49,766 bases of DNA from Rikenellaceae bacterium (GCA_020859745.1 JAJBVQ010000260.1:1-49766), one strand, 5' to 3'. Positions 30,328 to 41,623 are shown, numbered from the stretch's first letter. Numbers and translations: made by a program. Notes: a model not told the origin generated them from the letters alone.

Positions 30328-32514
30328 ATGTTTTCCATCCCTGAGCTCATCGCTCGCCAGCTTTCCCTCTCCTCTCTCAGTCAGGCAGAAAATACGATCC
30401 GTTTGCTGGACGACGGTTGTACCGTTCCGTTCATCAGCCGCTATCGCAAGGAGGCGACCGGGGGACTGGACGAGATCGCGGTCGAACGTATCCGCGAGTT
30501 GTATGGGAAGTATACCGAGCTGGAAAAACGAAAAACCACCGTCCTCCAGACCATCGAAGAACAGGGGAAACTGACCCCGCAACTGAAGGCCGCCATTGCC
30601 GACTGCGCGGATATGGCGGTGTTGGAAGACCTCTATTTGCCTTATAAACCGAAACGTCGTACGCGGGGAACGATAGCCCGGGAGAAAGGTTTGGAGCCGC
30701 TGGCGAGGATGATTATGGGACAATCCGTTGCCGGTGATTTGCGGACAGTCGCGGAGCAGTTTGTGAAGGGCGATGTTGTGCCGGATGCGGACGCGGCTTT
30801 GGCGGGGGCTTCGGACATTATCGCGGAATGGGTCAGTGAGTCGGCTGCGGCGCGGGACAGCGTTCGCCGGACTTTCGCCTCGAACGGGATCATCGTTTCG
30901 AAGATCGCCAAAGGGGCGGATACGAATAAGGAAGAGTCGGCCAAGTTTTCGGACTACTACGATTGGAGCGAACCGCTGCGGCGGTGTGCGAGCCACCGGC
31001 TGATGGCGATGGCAAGGGGCGAAAAGGCGGGTGTGCTGCGCTTGTCACTGGGGCTGGATGCCGCTCAGGAAGAGAGTTTATCGGGACGTCTGAACCGGAT
31101 ATTCGTGCGGCGGGAGGCGAAAAACCGGGAGGCCATCGATTTTGTGTGCCGTGCTGTGGCGGACGGATATAAACGGCTGGTCAAGCCTTCCATCGAGACC
31201 GAACTGTTGGGCGTGGCCAAAGAGCGGGCGGACGAGGAGGCGATCAAAGTCTTTGCGGAAAACCTGCGGCAGCTGTTGCTGGCGGCTCCGTTGGGGCAGA
31301 AAAACATACTGGCGGTCGATCCGGGGTTCCGGACGGGCTGCAAGGTGGTCTGCCTCGACCGGCAGGGAAATCTTTTGCACAACGAGACGATTTACCCGCA
31401 TGCGCCGCAGAGCAAGCGGGCCGAAGCGGGAGAGGCGCTTCGGCGCATGGTGCGGCAATACGGTGTCGAGGCGATTGCCGTGGGAAACGGGACCGCCGGG
31501 CGTGAAACCGAACAATTGGTACGGGATTTGCGCCTGGATATGACGGACGGGAGCGGGCCGGTGCCGGTTTATATGGTGAGCGAGGACGGTGCGTCGGTCT
31601 ATTCGGCGTCTGCGACGGCACGGGAGGAGTTTCCCGATTATGACGTGACCGTGCGCGGCTCGGTGTCGATCGGGCGCAGGCTGATGGATCCGCTGGCGGA
31701 GCTGGTCAAGATCGACCCGAAGTCGATCGGCGTGGGACAGTACCAGCACGACGTGGATCAGACGAAGCTCAAACGCAGTTTGGATACGGTGGTGGAAAGC
31801 TGTGTGAACCGGGTGGGCGTAAGCCTCAATACGGCTTCGAAACACCTTCTGGCCTATGTGTCCGGACTGGGGCCGGTGCTGGCGGGGAATATCGTGGAGT
31901 ACCGCGCGGCGAACGGGGCGTTCCGTTCGCGGAAAGAGTTACTGAAGGTGCCGCGGCTCGGGACGAAATCGTTCGAGCAGTCGGCGGGATTCCTGCGTAT
32001 CGAGGGGGCGGCCAACCCGCTGGACGATACGGCCGTGCATCCCGAATCCTATCCTATTGTAGAAAAAATGGCAGCTGATCTGGGCGTAACGGTCGGCGAG
32101 CTGGTAAAAAACGAATCTCTACGCCAAAAAATCAATCTTAACCACTACGTAACCAAAGGCGTAGGCATTCAAACACTCACACAAATCATGAGCGAATTTT
32201 CGAAAGAGGGGCGCGATCCGCGCACCGAGAACCTGAACTTCCAGTTCGCAGAAGGCATCAACTCGATCAACGACCTCCAGGAAGGCATGGTACTTCCGGG
32301 TATCGTGACCAACATCACCAACTTCGGCGTTTTCGTCGATGTGGGAGCCAAACAGGACGGTTTGGTACATATCTCGCAGCTGGCCAATAAATTTGTCCAG
32401 AACCCGGCGGACGTTGTCAGCCTGAACCAGGAAGTAAAGGTGAAAGTCATGGAAGTGGACATGGGCCGCAAGCGCATCAGCCTCTCTATGAAAGCCCTGC
32501 TGAACGAAGAATAA
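30328..32514 (+). CDS. tex: Tex family protein (copy 2)
   Basis: Same translation as 9845-12031. Confidence 0.93.
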   Translation: MFSIPELIARQLSLSSLSQAENTIRLLDDGCTVPFISRYRKEATGGLDEIAVERIRELYGKYTELEKRKTTVLQTIEEQGKLTPQLKAAIADCADMAVLEDLYLPYKPKRRTRGTIAREKGLEPLARMIMGQSVAGDLRTVAEQFVKGDVVPDADAALAGASDIIAEWVSESAAARDSVRRTFASNGIIVSKIAKGADTNKEESAKFSDYYDWSEPLRRCASHRLMAMARGEKAGVLRLSLGLDAAQEESLSGRLNRIFVRREAKNREAIDFVCRAVADGYKRLVKPSIETELLGVAKERADEEAIKVFAENLRQLLLAAPLGQKNILAVDPGFRTGCKVVCLDRQGNLLHNETIYPHAPQSKRAEAGEALRRMVRQYGVEAIAVGNGTAGRETEQLVRDLRLDMTDGSGPVPVYMVSEDGASVYSASATAREEFPDYDVTVRGSVSIGRRLMDPLAELVKIDPKSIGVGQYQHDVDQTKLKRSLDTVVESCVNRVGVSLNTASKHLLAYVSGLGPVLAGNIVEYRAANGAFRSRKELLKVPRLGTKSFEQSAGFLRIEGAANPLDDTAVHPESYPIVEKMAADLGVTVGELVKNESLRQKINLNHYVTKGVGIQTLTQIMSEFSKEGRDPRTENLNFQFAEGINSINDLQEGMVLPGIVTNITNFGVFVDVGAKQDGLVHISQLANKFVQNPADVVSLNQEVKVKVMEVDMGRKRISLSMKALLNEE

Positions 32515-32534
32515 TCTATCGTATCTTCTGACCC

Positions 32535-32570
32535 GGCGGCCTCGTTCTTCGGAACGGGGCCGCCTATTTT
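32535..32570 (+). terminator. Terminator after tex (copy 2)
   Basis: Same hairpin as 12052-12087. Confidence 0.8.
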
Positions 32571-32626
32571 ATATCCTCGGCACAGGGTTTGCAGTATTTG
32601 CGGAAGAAATATAAAAAACTATCGTT

Positions 32627-33367
32627 ATGAAATTTGCCAGTATGACCGTGGGCGAAATCGCGGCGGCATATCCCGATGCCACCGATATATTCACCCAATA
32701 CGGAATAGACTACTGCTGCGGCGGGAAGCGTAATTTTACGGAAGCCACCCGTTCACACGGGCTCGATCCCGACGAGGTTGAACGGGAGATCATCGGCCAC
32801 GAGCAATCGACCGCGCGATTGAACGACAAGCTGAATAACTTCTCCATTCCACAGATTATCGACCATATCCTGGCCTATCACCATGCCTATGTGCGGGACC
32901 GGAGGCAGAAATTGCCTCCGCTGGCCAAAAAGGTCGCATCGACGCACGGCCAACGCCATCCGGAGCTGGTGGAGGTAGCGCAGCTCACCGAGAACCTTTT
33001 CGATGAGCTGGAAGTCCATATGCGCAAAGAGGAAGAGGTGCTGTTTCCGGCTATCAGGGCATTGGTGTCGAACGAGGAAAAGGGGACTCCCCTGCCCCAG
33101 ATGCGTTTCGCGTCGATCGACCAGCCTATCGCCGCGATGGAGCGCGACCATAGCCAGACGGGCGGCGAATTGTACGACCTCAGACGCCTGACGAACGACT
33201 TTACCGTCCCGGAGGAGGGCTGCGTTTCGTACAGGGAACTCTATGACGGGCTCAGGGATATGCAGGCCAATACGTTCGAACACGTGCATCTGGAAAACAA
33301 CATCCTTTTCCCGCGGGCCCTTGAATTGGAACGCACTGTGCGGCAGGAGTCGGCGAACGGTTTTTAG
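32627..33367 (+). CDS. ric: Iron-sulfur cluster repair di-iron protein (copy 2)
   Basis: Same translation as 12144-12884. Confidence 0.92.
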   Translation: MKFASMTVGEIAAAYPDATDIFTQYGIDYCCGGKRNFTEATRSHGLDPDEVEREIIGHEQSTARLNDKLNNFSIPQIIDHILAYHHAYVRDRRQKLPPLAKKVASTHGQRHPELVEVAQLTENLFDELEVHMRKEEEVLFPAIRALVSNEEKGTPLPQMRFASIDQPIAAMERDHSQTGGELYDLRRLTNDFTVPEEGCVSYRELYDGLRDMQANTFEHVHLENNILFPRALELERTVRQESANGF

Positions 33368-33421
33368 CATAAAATGCGTAATTTTGGGTCGCTTTTCGAT
33401 AAAAGCGGCCTTTTTTTGCGC

Positions 33422-34771
33422 ATGCACAATCTCCTCCGATACCGTTCCGATTATCGCGAACTGCTGAGGCTCGGCCTACCCATCATCGTGGGACAGCTCG
33501 GCATCGTGATCGTGGGCTTTATGGACAACTTGATGGTCGGCCGTTACGGGATGGACGACCTCGCAGCCGTATCGTTCGTGAACAGCGTGTTCAACATTCC
33601 GATCCTTTTCGGCCTCGGGTTTTCGTACGGGCTGACGCCGCTCGTCGGGCAAAGTTTCGGGACGCGGGACACCTCGCGGATCGGCGAACTGCTCAAAAAC
33701 GGTTTGGCGGTCAATGCGGCGGTCGGGGTAGTCCTGATGCTCGCGATGGGTGCGATCTTGCTGAATGTGGAGCATCTGGGGCAGCCTTCGGAACTGCTGC
33801 CGCTGATCCGGCCCTATTTCGCCTTGCAGTTGGCGTCGCTGTTGTTCGTGATGCTGTTCAACGGATTCAAACAGTTCGCCGACGGAATTACCGACACGCG
33901 GCTGCCGATGTATGTCATGATCGGCGGGAATGTCCTGAACGTGGCAGGTAACTACATCCTGATCTACGGGAAACTAGGATTTCCGGCCATGGGAGCGACA
34001 GGGGCGGGTATTTCCACCCTGCTCACCCGCATACTGATGCCGCTGGTCTTTGCCGGGATCTTCTTTTACGGAGGACGCTACCGACAGTACCGGCCTGCCT
34101 TCCGGCAGAGCGGTTTCCGCCGGTCGAGTGCGAAATTGCTGGCCAGGATGGGAACGATGGTCGGGCTGCAAATGGGGATCGAGAACGGTATGTTCAGCAT
34201 CGCAGGGGTGATGATCGGCTGGCTGGGGACGGTCGAACTGGCTTCCCACCAGGTGATCCTGTCGGTATCGACGCTCGGGATTTTGCTCTACTACGGTACG
34301 GGAGCGGCGATTGCGATCCGGGTCAGCAATTTCTACGGGCGGAAGGATGTGGCGGGCGTTAGGCGAACCGCGGCGGCCGGTGTGCGGCTGATGGCCGCTA
34401 TGGCGATGGCGATCTGCGGTGTGTTTTTGATATTGAGGCCGTTTATGGGGCGGATATTCAATGCGCCGCCGGAAGTGTGCGATATCGTGTCGGTCTTGAT
34501 GTTGATCCTGCTGACTTTACAGGTCGGGGACGTGTTCCAGGTCACTTACGCCAATGCCCTGCGGGGGATGAACGACGTGACCTCGATGGCAGCGATCTCG
34601 TTCGTGGGCTATTTCGTGCTGGCGTTGCCGCTGTGTTATGTGTTCGGCTTCGTTTTGCACGGCGGCGTCGCCGGGATCTGGTGGGGGTTCCCGGTCGGAT
34701 TGCTTTCGGCGGGGCTGATGATGAAGGGAAGGTTCGGATATTTGACTAAAAACAGGGAGTTGCATGGATAA
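33422..34771 (+). CDS. MATE efflux transporter (copy 2)
   Basis: Same translation as copy 1. Confidence 0.9.
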   Translation: MHNLLRYRSDYRELLRLGLPIIVGQLGIVIVGFMDNLMVGRYGMDDLAAVSFVNSVFNIPILFGLGFSYGLTPLVGQSFGTRDTSRIGELLKNGLAVNAAVGVVLMLAMGAILLNVEHLGQPSELLPLIRPYFALQLASLLFVMLFNGFKQFADGITDTRLPMYVMIGGNVLNVAGNYILIYGKLGFPAMGATGAGISTLLTRILMPLVFAGIFFYGGRYRQYRPAFRQSGFRRSSAKLLARMGTMVGLQMGIENGMFSIAGVMIGWLGTVELASHQVILSVSTLGILLYYGTGAAIAIRVSNFYGRKDVAGVRRTAAAGVRLMAAMAMAICGVFLILRPFMGRIFNAPPEVCDIVSVLMLILLTLQVGDVFQVTYANALRGMNDVTSMAAISFVGYFVLALPLCYVFGFVLHGGVAGIWWGFPVGLLSAGLMMKGRFGYLTKNRELHG

Positions 34772-36180
34772 GAAAACGACGATCCGGGTTTCGCTGGTGG
34801 TGGCGATAGCCTTTTTCATGCAGTTCCTTGACACCACGGCGGTCAATACCGCCATTCCGGTCATGGCCGATGCGTTCGGCACCGACGTGGTGCACCTGAG
34901 TACGGGGATCACCTCGTACCTGATGGCGCTGGCGATCTTTATTCCCGTGAGCGGCTGGATCGCCGACCGCTACGGAACCCGGAAGGTGTTTTGCGCGGCC
35001 ATTGCCTTTTTCATCCTCTCCTCCACCCTGTGCGGCACGTCGCAAAACCTGCTGCAATTCGTCGTTTACCGGATTATGCAGGGGATGGCCGGGGCGATGA
35101 TGTCGCCCGTAGGGCGGCTCGCGGTGCTGAAAGTGACCCCCAAAGAGGATCTGCCCACGGCGATGAACTATATCACCATCCCCGCTTTGATGGCGCCGAT
35201 CGTGGGGCCGCTGGTGGGGGGATACCTGACGACTTTCTGGTCGTGGCGCTGGATCTTTTACCTGAATGTGCCGATCAGCATCGCCTGCATCCTGTTGGCC
35301 TGGCACTATATCCCGGAAGAGGAGCCGCGCACGGGAAAAGCGGCGGTCAAAAAGCCGTTCGACTGGGTGGGCTTCGTATTGAGCGGCCTGGCGTTATCGG
35401 GCTTTATGTACGGGGTCGAGCTGTTCAGCAAATCCAATGTCCTATCTGGTCTCCGTCTCCACCGTGGCGGTCAGCCTGTTGATCCTGTGGCTGAACGTAT
35501 GGTATTCCAAACGCACGCCGTCGCCGCTGATCGATTATTCGGTGATGAAGGTGCGGACGTACAGCATAACGATCTGGGTCGGTTCCGTGTCGCGCATCGT
35601 GATCGGGGCGTTCCCTTACCTGGTGCCGCTGATGTTCCAGGAGGGTTTCGGGCTGAGTCCGTTCCAGTCGGGCCTGCTGTTCCTCTCCACGATGGTGGGC
35701 AACCTGTCGATGAAGTCGGCGACGGTATGCATCATCCGACATTTCAAGTTCCGGAGCATTTTGCTGGTCAACGGGTTCCTGGTCGCGCTGTTCACTTTCT
35801 TCACGGCATTGCTGCTGCCGGACACGCCGGTGTGGATCATCGTGGTTACGCTGTTCTGTTCCGGTTTGGTGCGGTCGATGCAGTTCAGCTCGCTCACGAC
35901 GCTGGCTTTCGCCGATATCGCAGACCGGAAAATGACTTCGGCCAACACGCTGTACAGCACCATTCAACAGATGTCGACCGGTATGGGGATCGCCGTCGGA
36001 GCCGTGGCCCTGCGGTTCGCCAATTTGATCGACAGCGGGGTGCCGGGACACTATACCGTGCCGGATTTCCGGCTGGCTTTCATTTTTGTTGCGGCGATCG
36101 GTTTCCTGCACCTTTTCGGCTATACGTGGCTCAAACCGACTGCGGGTAATGCGGTGCGGATCAAGAAATCGGAGTCCTAA
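34764..36180 (+). pseudogene. Frameshifted DHA2 MFS transporter (copy 2)
   Basis: Same frameshift near 35439 (ORFs 34764-36149 and 35437-36180). Confidence 0.85.
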
Positions 36181-36231
36181 AAAAGGAGTCTCGTCCGGTC
36201 TGAGGCTCCTTTCATATTGTTTCGATCATCG

Positions 36232-36879
36232 TTAAATATTCCGGTTTTTCCGGTAGGTTTTGATGTCATCTATCGTGACGACCGGATAACCGTGTTCGCG
36301 GGCGAACCCGACCACCTGCGGCAGGCGGGCCATAGTCCCGTCCTCGTTGGTCAGTTCGCAGAGTACCGCATAGGGAGGCAATGCGGCGATGCGGGCCAGA
36401 TCAACACTCCCTTCGGTGTGTCCCTCACGTTCCAGTACGCCTCCCGGCCGTGCGATCAGCGGAAATACATGTCCCGGCCTGCACAGTGAATCCGGGACGG
36501 CATCCGGCGCTATCGCCGCGCGGATCGTCCGTATCCGGTCGGCGGCCGAAACACCGGTGGTCACGCCCTCCGCCGCCTCGATCGAGACCGTGAAGGCCGT
36601 TCCGTAGCGGCTGGTGTTGTTTTCGACCATAGGCGGGAGTCCCAGGGCATCGGCTTTTTCCTGTGGGATGCAAAGGCAGACGATGCCGCTGCACGCCCGG
36701 ATCATCAGGGCCATTTGCTCGGTCGTCATGCGGGAGGCGGCGAAGATCAGGTCGCCTTCGTTCTCGCGGTTCTCATCGTCCGTCAGCAGGATGCCTCTCC
36801 CCTCTTTCAAGGCTTCCGCCGCCCGCTCCACTCGCTCGGCAGGGCTGCCGTAACGAGCTAATAACGCAGGTTCCGCCAT
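36232..36879 (-). CDS. ribB: DHBP synthase (copy 2)
   Basis: Same translation as copy 1. Confidence 0.93.
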   Translation of the reverse strand: MAEPALLARYGSPAERVERAAEALKEGRGILLTDDENRENEGDLIFAASRMTTEQMALMIRACSGIVCLCIPQEKADALGLPPMVENNTSRYGTAFTVSIEAAEGVTTGVSAADRIRTIRAAIAPDAVPDSLCRPGHVFPLIARPGGVLEREGHTEGSVDLARIAALPPYAVLCELTNEDGTMARLPQVVGFAREHGYPVVTIDDIKTYRKNRNI

Positions 36880-36880
36880 G

Positions 36881-37498
36881 CTATTTGACATATCCGACGG
36901 GATGGCACAACATCAGGGTTTGCGTTCCGGTCAGCTTCAGGGCCTTTTTCAGTTTGGCCTGGTCCATGCTGCCGCGCGGATAGGTAGCCAGTCCTGTCCC
37001 GGAGCAGAAAAGGGAGATGTTCTGCGACACGATCCCGGCGTCGAGCGCCGCCCAGGTGTCGTTGGTGTCCGTTACCAATACCAGTACCACGGGAGCTTCG
37101 GCCGGCCGGACATCCCCGGCTGAGAGCGGTTCGAGCGTCTGCGATTTGGGATTGTAGAGATAACTTCCCTCGGCGGTGCAGACGTAGACTTTCACGTCCT
37201 GTTTATTCATGGCCGACGGGGCGGTCCGCTTGCCCGACTGCGGACGGTTGATGCCGTTGGCGGCCCATACCAGGTCAGAAAAGTCCTGAACGGATAGCAT
37301 CCGGGGCGCGAAACTTTTGATGGACTGCCGTTTGGAGAGCGCCTGCATAACCGGTTCGCCCCGTTTGAGGTTCGGGGCATTCAGCTTGATCGGCTGCAAA
37401 GTTTGTGTTTGTGGCTCTACAGGTGTCGCGGCAATGGCAGGAACGCTCGCGGAAGCGATGCTTCCCGCTGCGAGCAAACAAAACAAGGTGTGTTTCAT
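36881..37498 (-). CDS. Nitroreductase family protein (copy 2)
   Basis: Same translation as 16398-17015. Confidence 0.8.
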   Translation of the reverse strand: MKHTLFCLLAAGSIASASVPAIAATPVEPQTQTLQPIKLNAPNLKRGEPVMQALSKRQSIKSFAPRMLSVQDFSDLVWAANGINRPQSGKRTAPSAMNKQDVKVYVCTAEGSYLYNPKSQTLEPLSAGDVRPAEAPVVLVLVTDTNDTWAALDAGIVSQNISLFCSGTGLATYPRGSMDQAKLKKALKLTGTQTLMLCHPVGYVK

Positions 37499-37601
37499 AG
37501 CGTGTTTCGATTAGTTTGTTTTTATTGGACGAAACAAAATTAGCGAAGCTACCCGTGCCGGAATAATGCTATTTTTGCCTGATAACCGCATATATTTGCA
37601 T

Positions 37602-38471
37602 ATGGCTATACTGGAGCGAAAAATCGTGCACGGCGTCGAATCGTCGTTCAGCCACATCGTTTATCCCCATTTCGTGCTGCCCCGCCACCGGCATGCCGAG
37701 TTCGAGCTGATGGTCGTCACGTCCGGCAGCGGCAAGCAGTTCGTCGGGGAGGGGGTTGCGGAGTATGAAGCGGGCGATATGGCGTTGATCGGCAGCAGCG
37801 TTCCCCATTTGCACCTGTGCAATGGGACGCTGAACGGCGAAACGGATAATCCGAGCGCCGGCGAGGCCCTTCAATTCCCTCCGTCGCTCTTTCCCGCCGA
37901 TATGGAGGATCTGCCGGATTTCTCCCGCATCGCCCGGCTGCTCCGGAAAAGCCGTTACGGTATCCGGTTCCGCAACCCCGTATTATCCGCACATGTTTTA
38001 GACCTGATGCAGGAGATAGACCGCCTCTCCGGAATAGAGCGGGTGATCCGGCTGTTCCGGATATTGGATACCCTTGGACAGTCTTCGGAATACGCTTTAC
38101 TGTCCGGCGTCGAATACAATGCCGAAAACCGGATCATCGGGGGAGCTGATCCGGCCAGCCGGGTTTATACCTACCTGTTCAACCATTTCCGCGAACCTGT
38201 GGAACTGGCCGCCGTGGCAGCTTACACGGGAATGAACCCGGCGGCCCTTTGCCGGGCCTTCCGGCAGCGGACCGATAAGAGCATCTTCCGCTGCCTGGCC
38301 GAGATACGGGTCGAGCATGCCTGCAAATTGCTGACCCATTCCAAACTGACCGTCTCGCAGATCGCTTACGAATCGGGTTACAATAACCTCTCCCACTTCA
38401 ACCGCCAGTTCATGGGCATCATGCGGCGCACGCCGACCGATTACCGCAGCCAGATCAATGCGGCTTTTTAA
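37602..38471 (+). CDS. AraC family regulator (copy 2)
   Basis: Same translation as copy 1. Confidence 0.9.
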   Translation: MAILERKIVHGVESSFSHIVYPHFVLPRHRHAEFELMVVTSGSGKQFVGEGVAEYEAGDMALIGSSVPHLHLCNGTLNGETDNPSAGEALQFPPSLFPADMEDLPDFSRIARLLRKSRYGIRFRNPVLSAHVLDLMQEIDRLSGIERVIRLFRILDTLGQSSEYALLSGVEYNAENRIIGGADPASRVYTYLFNHFREPVELAAVAAYTGMNPAALCRAFRQRTDKSIFRCLAEIRVEHACKLLTHSKLTVSQIAYESGYNNLSHFNRQFMGIMRRTPTDYRSQINAAF

Positions 38472-39838
38472 GCGAACAGGTCGTTCAGCGATTCGGTCAT
38501 GCTGGGGTGCGTATAGACCGTATTGCTCAGTTCCCGGGCCGTTATCCCGTATTTCATGGCCAACGCCACCGTGTTGATGACCTCCTGGGAAGCCGGGCCG
38601 AAAAAGGTGCATCCCAGTATCCGGTCCGTTTTGGCGTCGATGACGGCTTTCAGCAGCCCCTCTGCCGTGCCCAGCGTGCCGGCGCGCGGGATCGAAGCGA
38701 CGGGTATGCGGTTGATCCGGATACCGATGCCGGCTTTGAACGCTTCGGCCTCGCTCATCCCCACGCGCGAGAGCGGCGGTTCGATAAAGACCGAATAAGG
38801 CACAGGCCCGCGGTTCTCCGTACTGCGGTCGCCCTGCCCGACCAGCTCTTCCCGGACGATCCGGTAATCGTCCAGCGAAATGTAAGTGAATTGCAGGCCT
38901 CCCTTGACGTCGCCGACCGCATAAATGTGCGGGGCCGTGGTATGCAGGCGGTCATCCACGATGATGGCGCCCCGTTCGTCGGTACGCACGCCTGCCGCTT
39001 CCAGGTTCAGCCCTTGGGTGTAGAGGCGGCGGCCGGTCGCCAGAAGCACGGCGTCGGCTTCGACTTCGTATTCCCGTTCGTCTTGCGTGTTGGCGACCGA
39101 AACGGTCGCTCCGCCGGGCGTGTCCCGAATGGCCTGTACTTTTGCGTTCAGGTGAAAAGCTATGCCTCTCTTTTCCAACACCTCTTTAACGCTTTCGGCA
39201 ATATCCCGGTCTTCGCGCGGGATCAGTTCCGAAAACCCTTCGAGAACAGTTACCTGCGAACCAAAACCGGCATACATCGAAGCGAATTCCAGTCCGATAT
39301 AACCTCCGCCTACGATGACCAGCCGCGGGGGCAGGCTGTCGAGTTCCAGTATGGAGGTGCTGGTATAGACTTTCGAGCTTCCGCCGACGCCCGGAATCGG
39401 CGGGATGACGGTTTCGGCTCCCGTGTTGATGACGATGTGCCTTCCCTTGATCTCGATGGTTTCATCCTCTGTTTTGACGGCGACCGTGTCCCGGGACACG
39501 AAACTTCCCTCACCGGTATAGACCGTGATCCGGTCGTTGTCTGCCAATTTGTGGAAATTTTTGTCCCGGAGTTTGGCAGTCAGGGCGTTTTTCTCTTCGA
39601 TGGCCTGTTTATAGTAAGCCTTTTGCTGGTCGAAGGTCATGTGTCCGCATTCGGCGGCGAGGTTGGCTTTGTGGATCAGCGTCTTGGTCGGGATGCAGCC
39701 GATGTTGATGCAGGTACCCCCGTACATCATGTTCGAACGCTCGACCATAGCGACGCTCCAGCCGCGTTCGGCCAGTTCGGCGGCAAGGGTTTTGCCGCCC
39801 TTGCCGAAACCGATGATGATGGCATCGTATCCTTTCAT
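38468..39838 (-). CDS. rclA: RclA-like oxidoreductase (copy 2)
   Basis: Same translation as 17985-19355. Confidence 0.8.
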   Translation of the reverse strand: MKGYDAIIIGFGKGGKTLAAELAERGWSVAMVERSNMMYGGTCINIGCIPTKTLIHKANLAAECGHMTFDQQKAYYKQAIEEKNALTAKLRDKNFHKLADNDRITVYTGEGSFVSRDTVAVKTEDETIEIKGRHIVINTGAETVIPPIPGVGGSSKVYTSTSILELDSLPPRLVIVGGGYIGLEFASMYAGFGSQVTVLEGFSELIPREDRDIAESVKEVLEKRGIAFHLNAKVQAIRDTPGGATVSVANTQDEREYEVEADAVLLATGRRLYTQGLNLEAAGVRTDERGAIIVDDRLHTTAPHIYAVGDVKGGLQFTYISLDDYRIVREELVGQGDRSTENRGPVPYSVFIEPPLSRVGMSEAEAFKAGIGIRINRIPVASIPRAGTLGTAEGLLKAVIDAKTDRILGCTFFGPASQEVINTVALAMKYGITARELSNTVYTHPSMTESLNDLFA

Positions 39839-39840
39839 GG

Positions 39841-40434
39841 TTATTCCGGTTTTAAAGTTTTCAGTATCCTTCGGGCCGAGTCGGAAAGCAGGACTACGGC
39901 TCCGGCCAGTATGGCGGTGTCTTTGACGACCAACCGTCCCGCTCCGCTTAGCAGGGGGAATCCGTATTCCCCGCTGCCGAGATCCGGTACCCAGACTTCG
40001 GGGGTGGTGACCAAAAAGGATAGTGTCCCGATGGTCATCACGATGGCGAGCAGGTCGCCGGCCAACCCTACTTTAGCAAAGAAGATGCCTAAGAATACCA
40101 GTACGCCGATCGTCATGATCAGCATGCCCAGCCCGCGCGAAAAGCCGTAGGTGTTGTTCTCCGCGTGCCATTGCCGCTTTTCAGCGTCGAATTCGCCCTC
40201 TTTCAGCTTGTAGCTTTTGTATTCCGGAGCCTTTTTCGAGTAGAAGAAGCTCATGAAAGGGGAGTTGGCAACGAACGGGACGATCCCTTCGGCTTCGTAG
40301 CGGAAGAATTTCAGACCGCCGATCCAGACGAAAATAATGAGAATTGCGATTCGGATCAGCTTGATCCCCAAGGGGCCGGCGGATGCGGCGGTTTGAAGGA
40401 ATCGGCGGAAAATTCGGTTTGGTTTCTGTGTCAT
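39841..40434 (-). CDS. rclC: YkgB/RclC (DUF417) protein (copy 2)
   Basis: Same translation as copy 1. Confidence 0.8.
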   Translation of the reverse strand: MTQKPNRIFRRFLQTAASAGPLGIKLIRIAILIIFVWIGGLKFFRYEAEGIVPFVANSPFMSFFYSKKAPEYKSYKLKEGEFDAEKRQWHAENNTYGFSRGLGMLIMTIGVLVFLGIFFAKVGLAGDLLAIVMTIGTLSFLVTTPEVWVPDLGSGEYGFPLLSGAGRLVVKDTAILAGAVVLLSDSARRILKTLKPE

Positions 40435-40513
40435 GGTCTCGGTGTTTTTGATTACGGTACAAAGATCGTACACCGGGACCGGGGCGGGAATGGCTATTCT
40501 TCCGGCGGCGTTG

Positions 40514-41359
40514 TCAATTCTTCCCTTTCTCCCGCGTACGGTAGGAGGTGATGCTCTCGCCCGCGACGTTTTTGAAAAACCGGCTGAAAGCGGCCAGGTC
40601 TTCGAAGCCCAATAGTGCGGCTATTTCCTTGGCGCTGCGCGAGCTGTAAAGGAGGAGCCGTTTGGCCTCGGTTTCGATCCGCTCGTGGATGATATGCAAA
40701 GGCGACGGCAACCGGTAGGCCGAAAAGAGATTGGCGAGCGTTTTCGGCGACCGGTTCAGCATATCGGCGTACTCTTTCACCTGTTTCTTCTCCCGGAAAT
40801 GGTTGTCGACCAGCACCATATATTGGCGCACGACGTCGAAACCGTTTTCCCGGTCTGCGGTGATGCCGAACCGCTCCCGGGCCATGCGCGTGCAAAGGAT
40901 AATGAACCGTTTAAGCAGGATGCGGAGCATCTCTTCCCGCAGGTTGTCGCGCACCTCGTATTCGCGGGCGAACCCTCCCGCAAGCTCCTCGAGCGCGGCC
41001 GTTTCGTGATCGGCCAGCGCGAGGCGTATCAGGCGGCTGCCGCCGTTGAACAGGAAGCCGTTGCAGGATACTTCGGAGTCGTGCCCGAAGATGCAGTAGA
41101 AGTTACTGTTGAACATCAGCGCCGCATACTCCCCTTCGATGGCTTTGAATTCGATATGGTGGAAAGGGGTCAGGGCGATAACCTCGCCCCGGATGAGGGT
41201 AGTTTCGACGTGGTCGATCTCCAGTGCGACGCGCCCTGTCCTGACCCAGAGGAATTTGTACAGGCTTTTGTCCCGGAGCCATTCGGAACGGGCGTGCAGA
41301 TCGCCGGTCAGGACTATTTTCCCTTTCAGGCGCGTGTCGAACTGGAATTGCATAGGCAT
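40514..41359 (-). CDS. AraC family regulator (copy 2)
   Basis: Same translation as 20031-20876. Confidence 0.9.
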   Translation of the reverse strand: MPMQFQFDTRLKGKIVLTGDLHARSEWLRDKSLYKFLWVRTGRVALEIDHVETTLIRGEVIALTPFHHIEFKAIEGEYAALMFNSNFYCIFGHDSEVSCNGFLFNGGSRLIRLALADHETAALEELAGGFAREYEVRDNLREEMLRILLKRFIILCTRMARERFGITADRENGFDVVRQYMVLVDNHFREKKQVKEYADMLNRSPKTLANLFSAYRLPSPLHIIHERIETEAKRLLLYSSRSAKEIAALLGFEDLAAFSRFFKNVAGESITSYRTREKGKN

Positions 41360-41412
41360 CGCTTTGGATACAAATGTAGCGATTTAGGCGGGTAGATCGG
41401 AGAACTAAAGAC

Positions 41413-41443
41413 AAGAGGCCGATGGGAACTCCATCGGCCTCTT
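41413..41443 (-). terminator. Hairpin downstream of the tRNA 3'-end repeat; probably the original tRNA terminator
   Basis: Perfect 13-bp stem 8 bp beyond ...CCGCCA on the minus strand. Confidence 0.75.
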
Positions 41444-41451
41444 TGTTCGAA

Positions 41452-41466
41452 TGGCGGAGAGATAGG
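41452..41466 (-). other. att core of the integrated element: duplicated tRNA-Ser 3' end
   Basis: Reverse complement is CCTATCTCTCCGCCA (ends in CCA); one mismatch from the NBU2 13-bp core as I recall it (CCTGTCTCTCCGC); composition turns AT-rich immediately after. Confidence 0.85.
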
Positions 41467-41582
41467 CTCCCAAACCTACGCTTTCAGAAAATATCATAAA
41501 ATTGCAAATCATTGATAATCACATATTATATACAATGCAGAGTAAATCTAAATCTTTCTAAATGCCTTTTGTTATTTCAATT

Positions 41583-41623
41583 TTTGGGTGTATATTTGGG
41601 TGTAGAATTTCAAACGCACCCAA
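41583..41623 (+). promoter_or_regulatory. Candidate integrase arm-type repeats and int promoter
   Basis: TTTGGGTGTA twice (41583, 41595), inverted CACCCAA (41617); TATATTTG -7 box at 41591-41598. Confidence 0.5.

Larger units (their letters stand above)
20981..41463 (+). repeat. Tandem duplication unit, copy 2 (20,483 bp)
   Basis: Matches 498-20980 by ORF track and spot checks; ends at the element att core. Confidence 0.97.

Noticed and set aside
498-41463. IS-mediated or composite-transposon duplication
   Set aside because: No transposase, terminal inverted repeats or long flanking repeats at either breakpoint
41440-41480. Complete tRNA-Ser gene (also at 20960-21000)
   Set aside because: Only the last 15 nt including CCA are present; the flank is element DNA or lpdA and forms no cloverleaf
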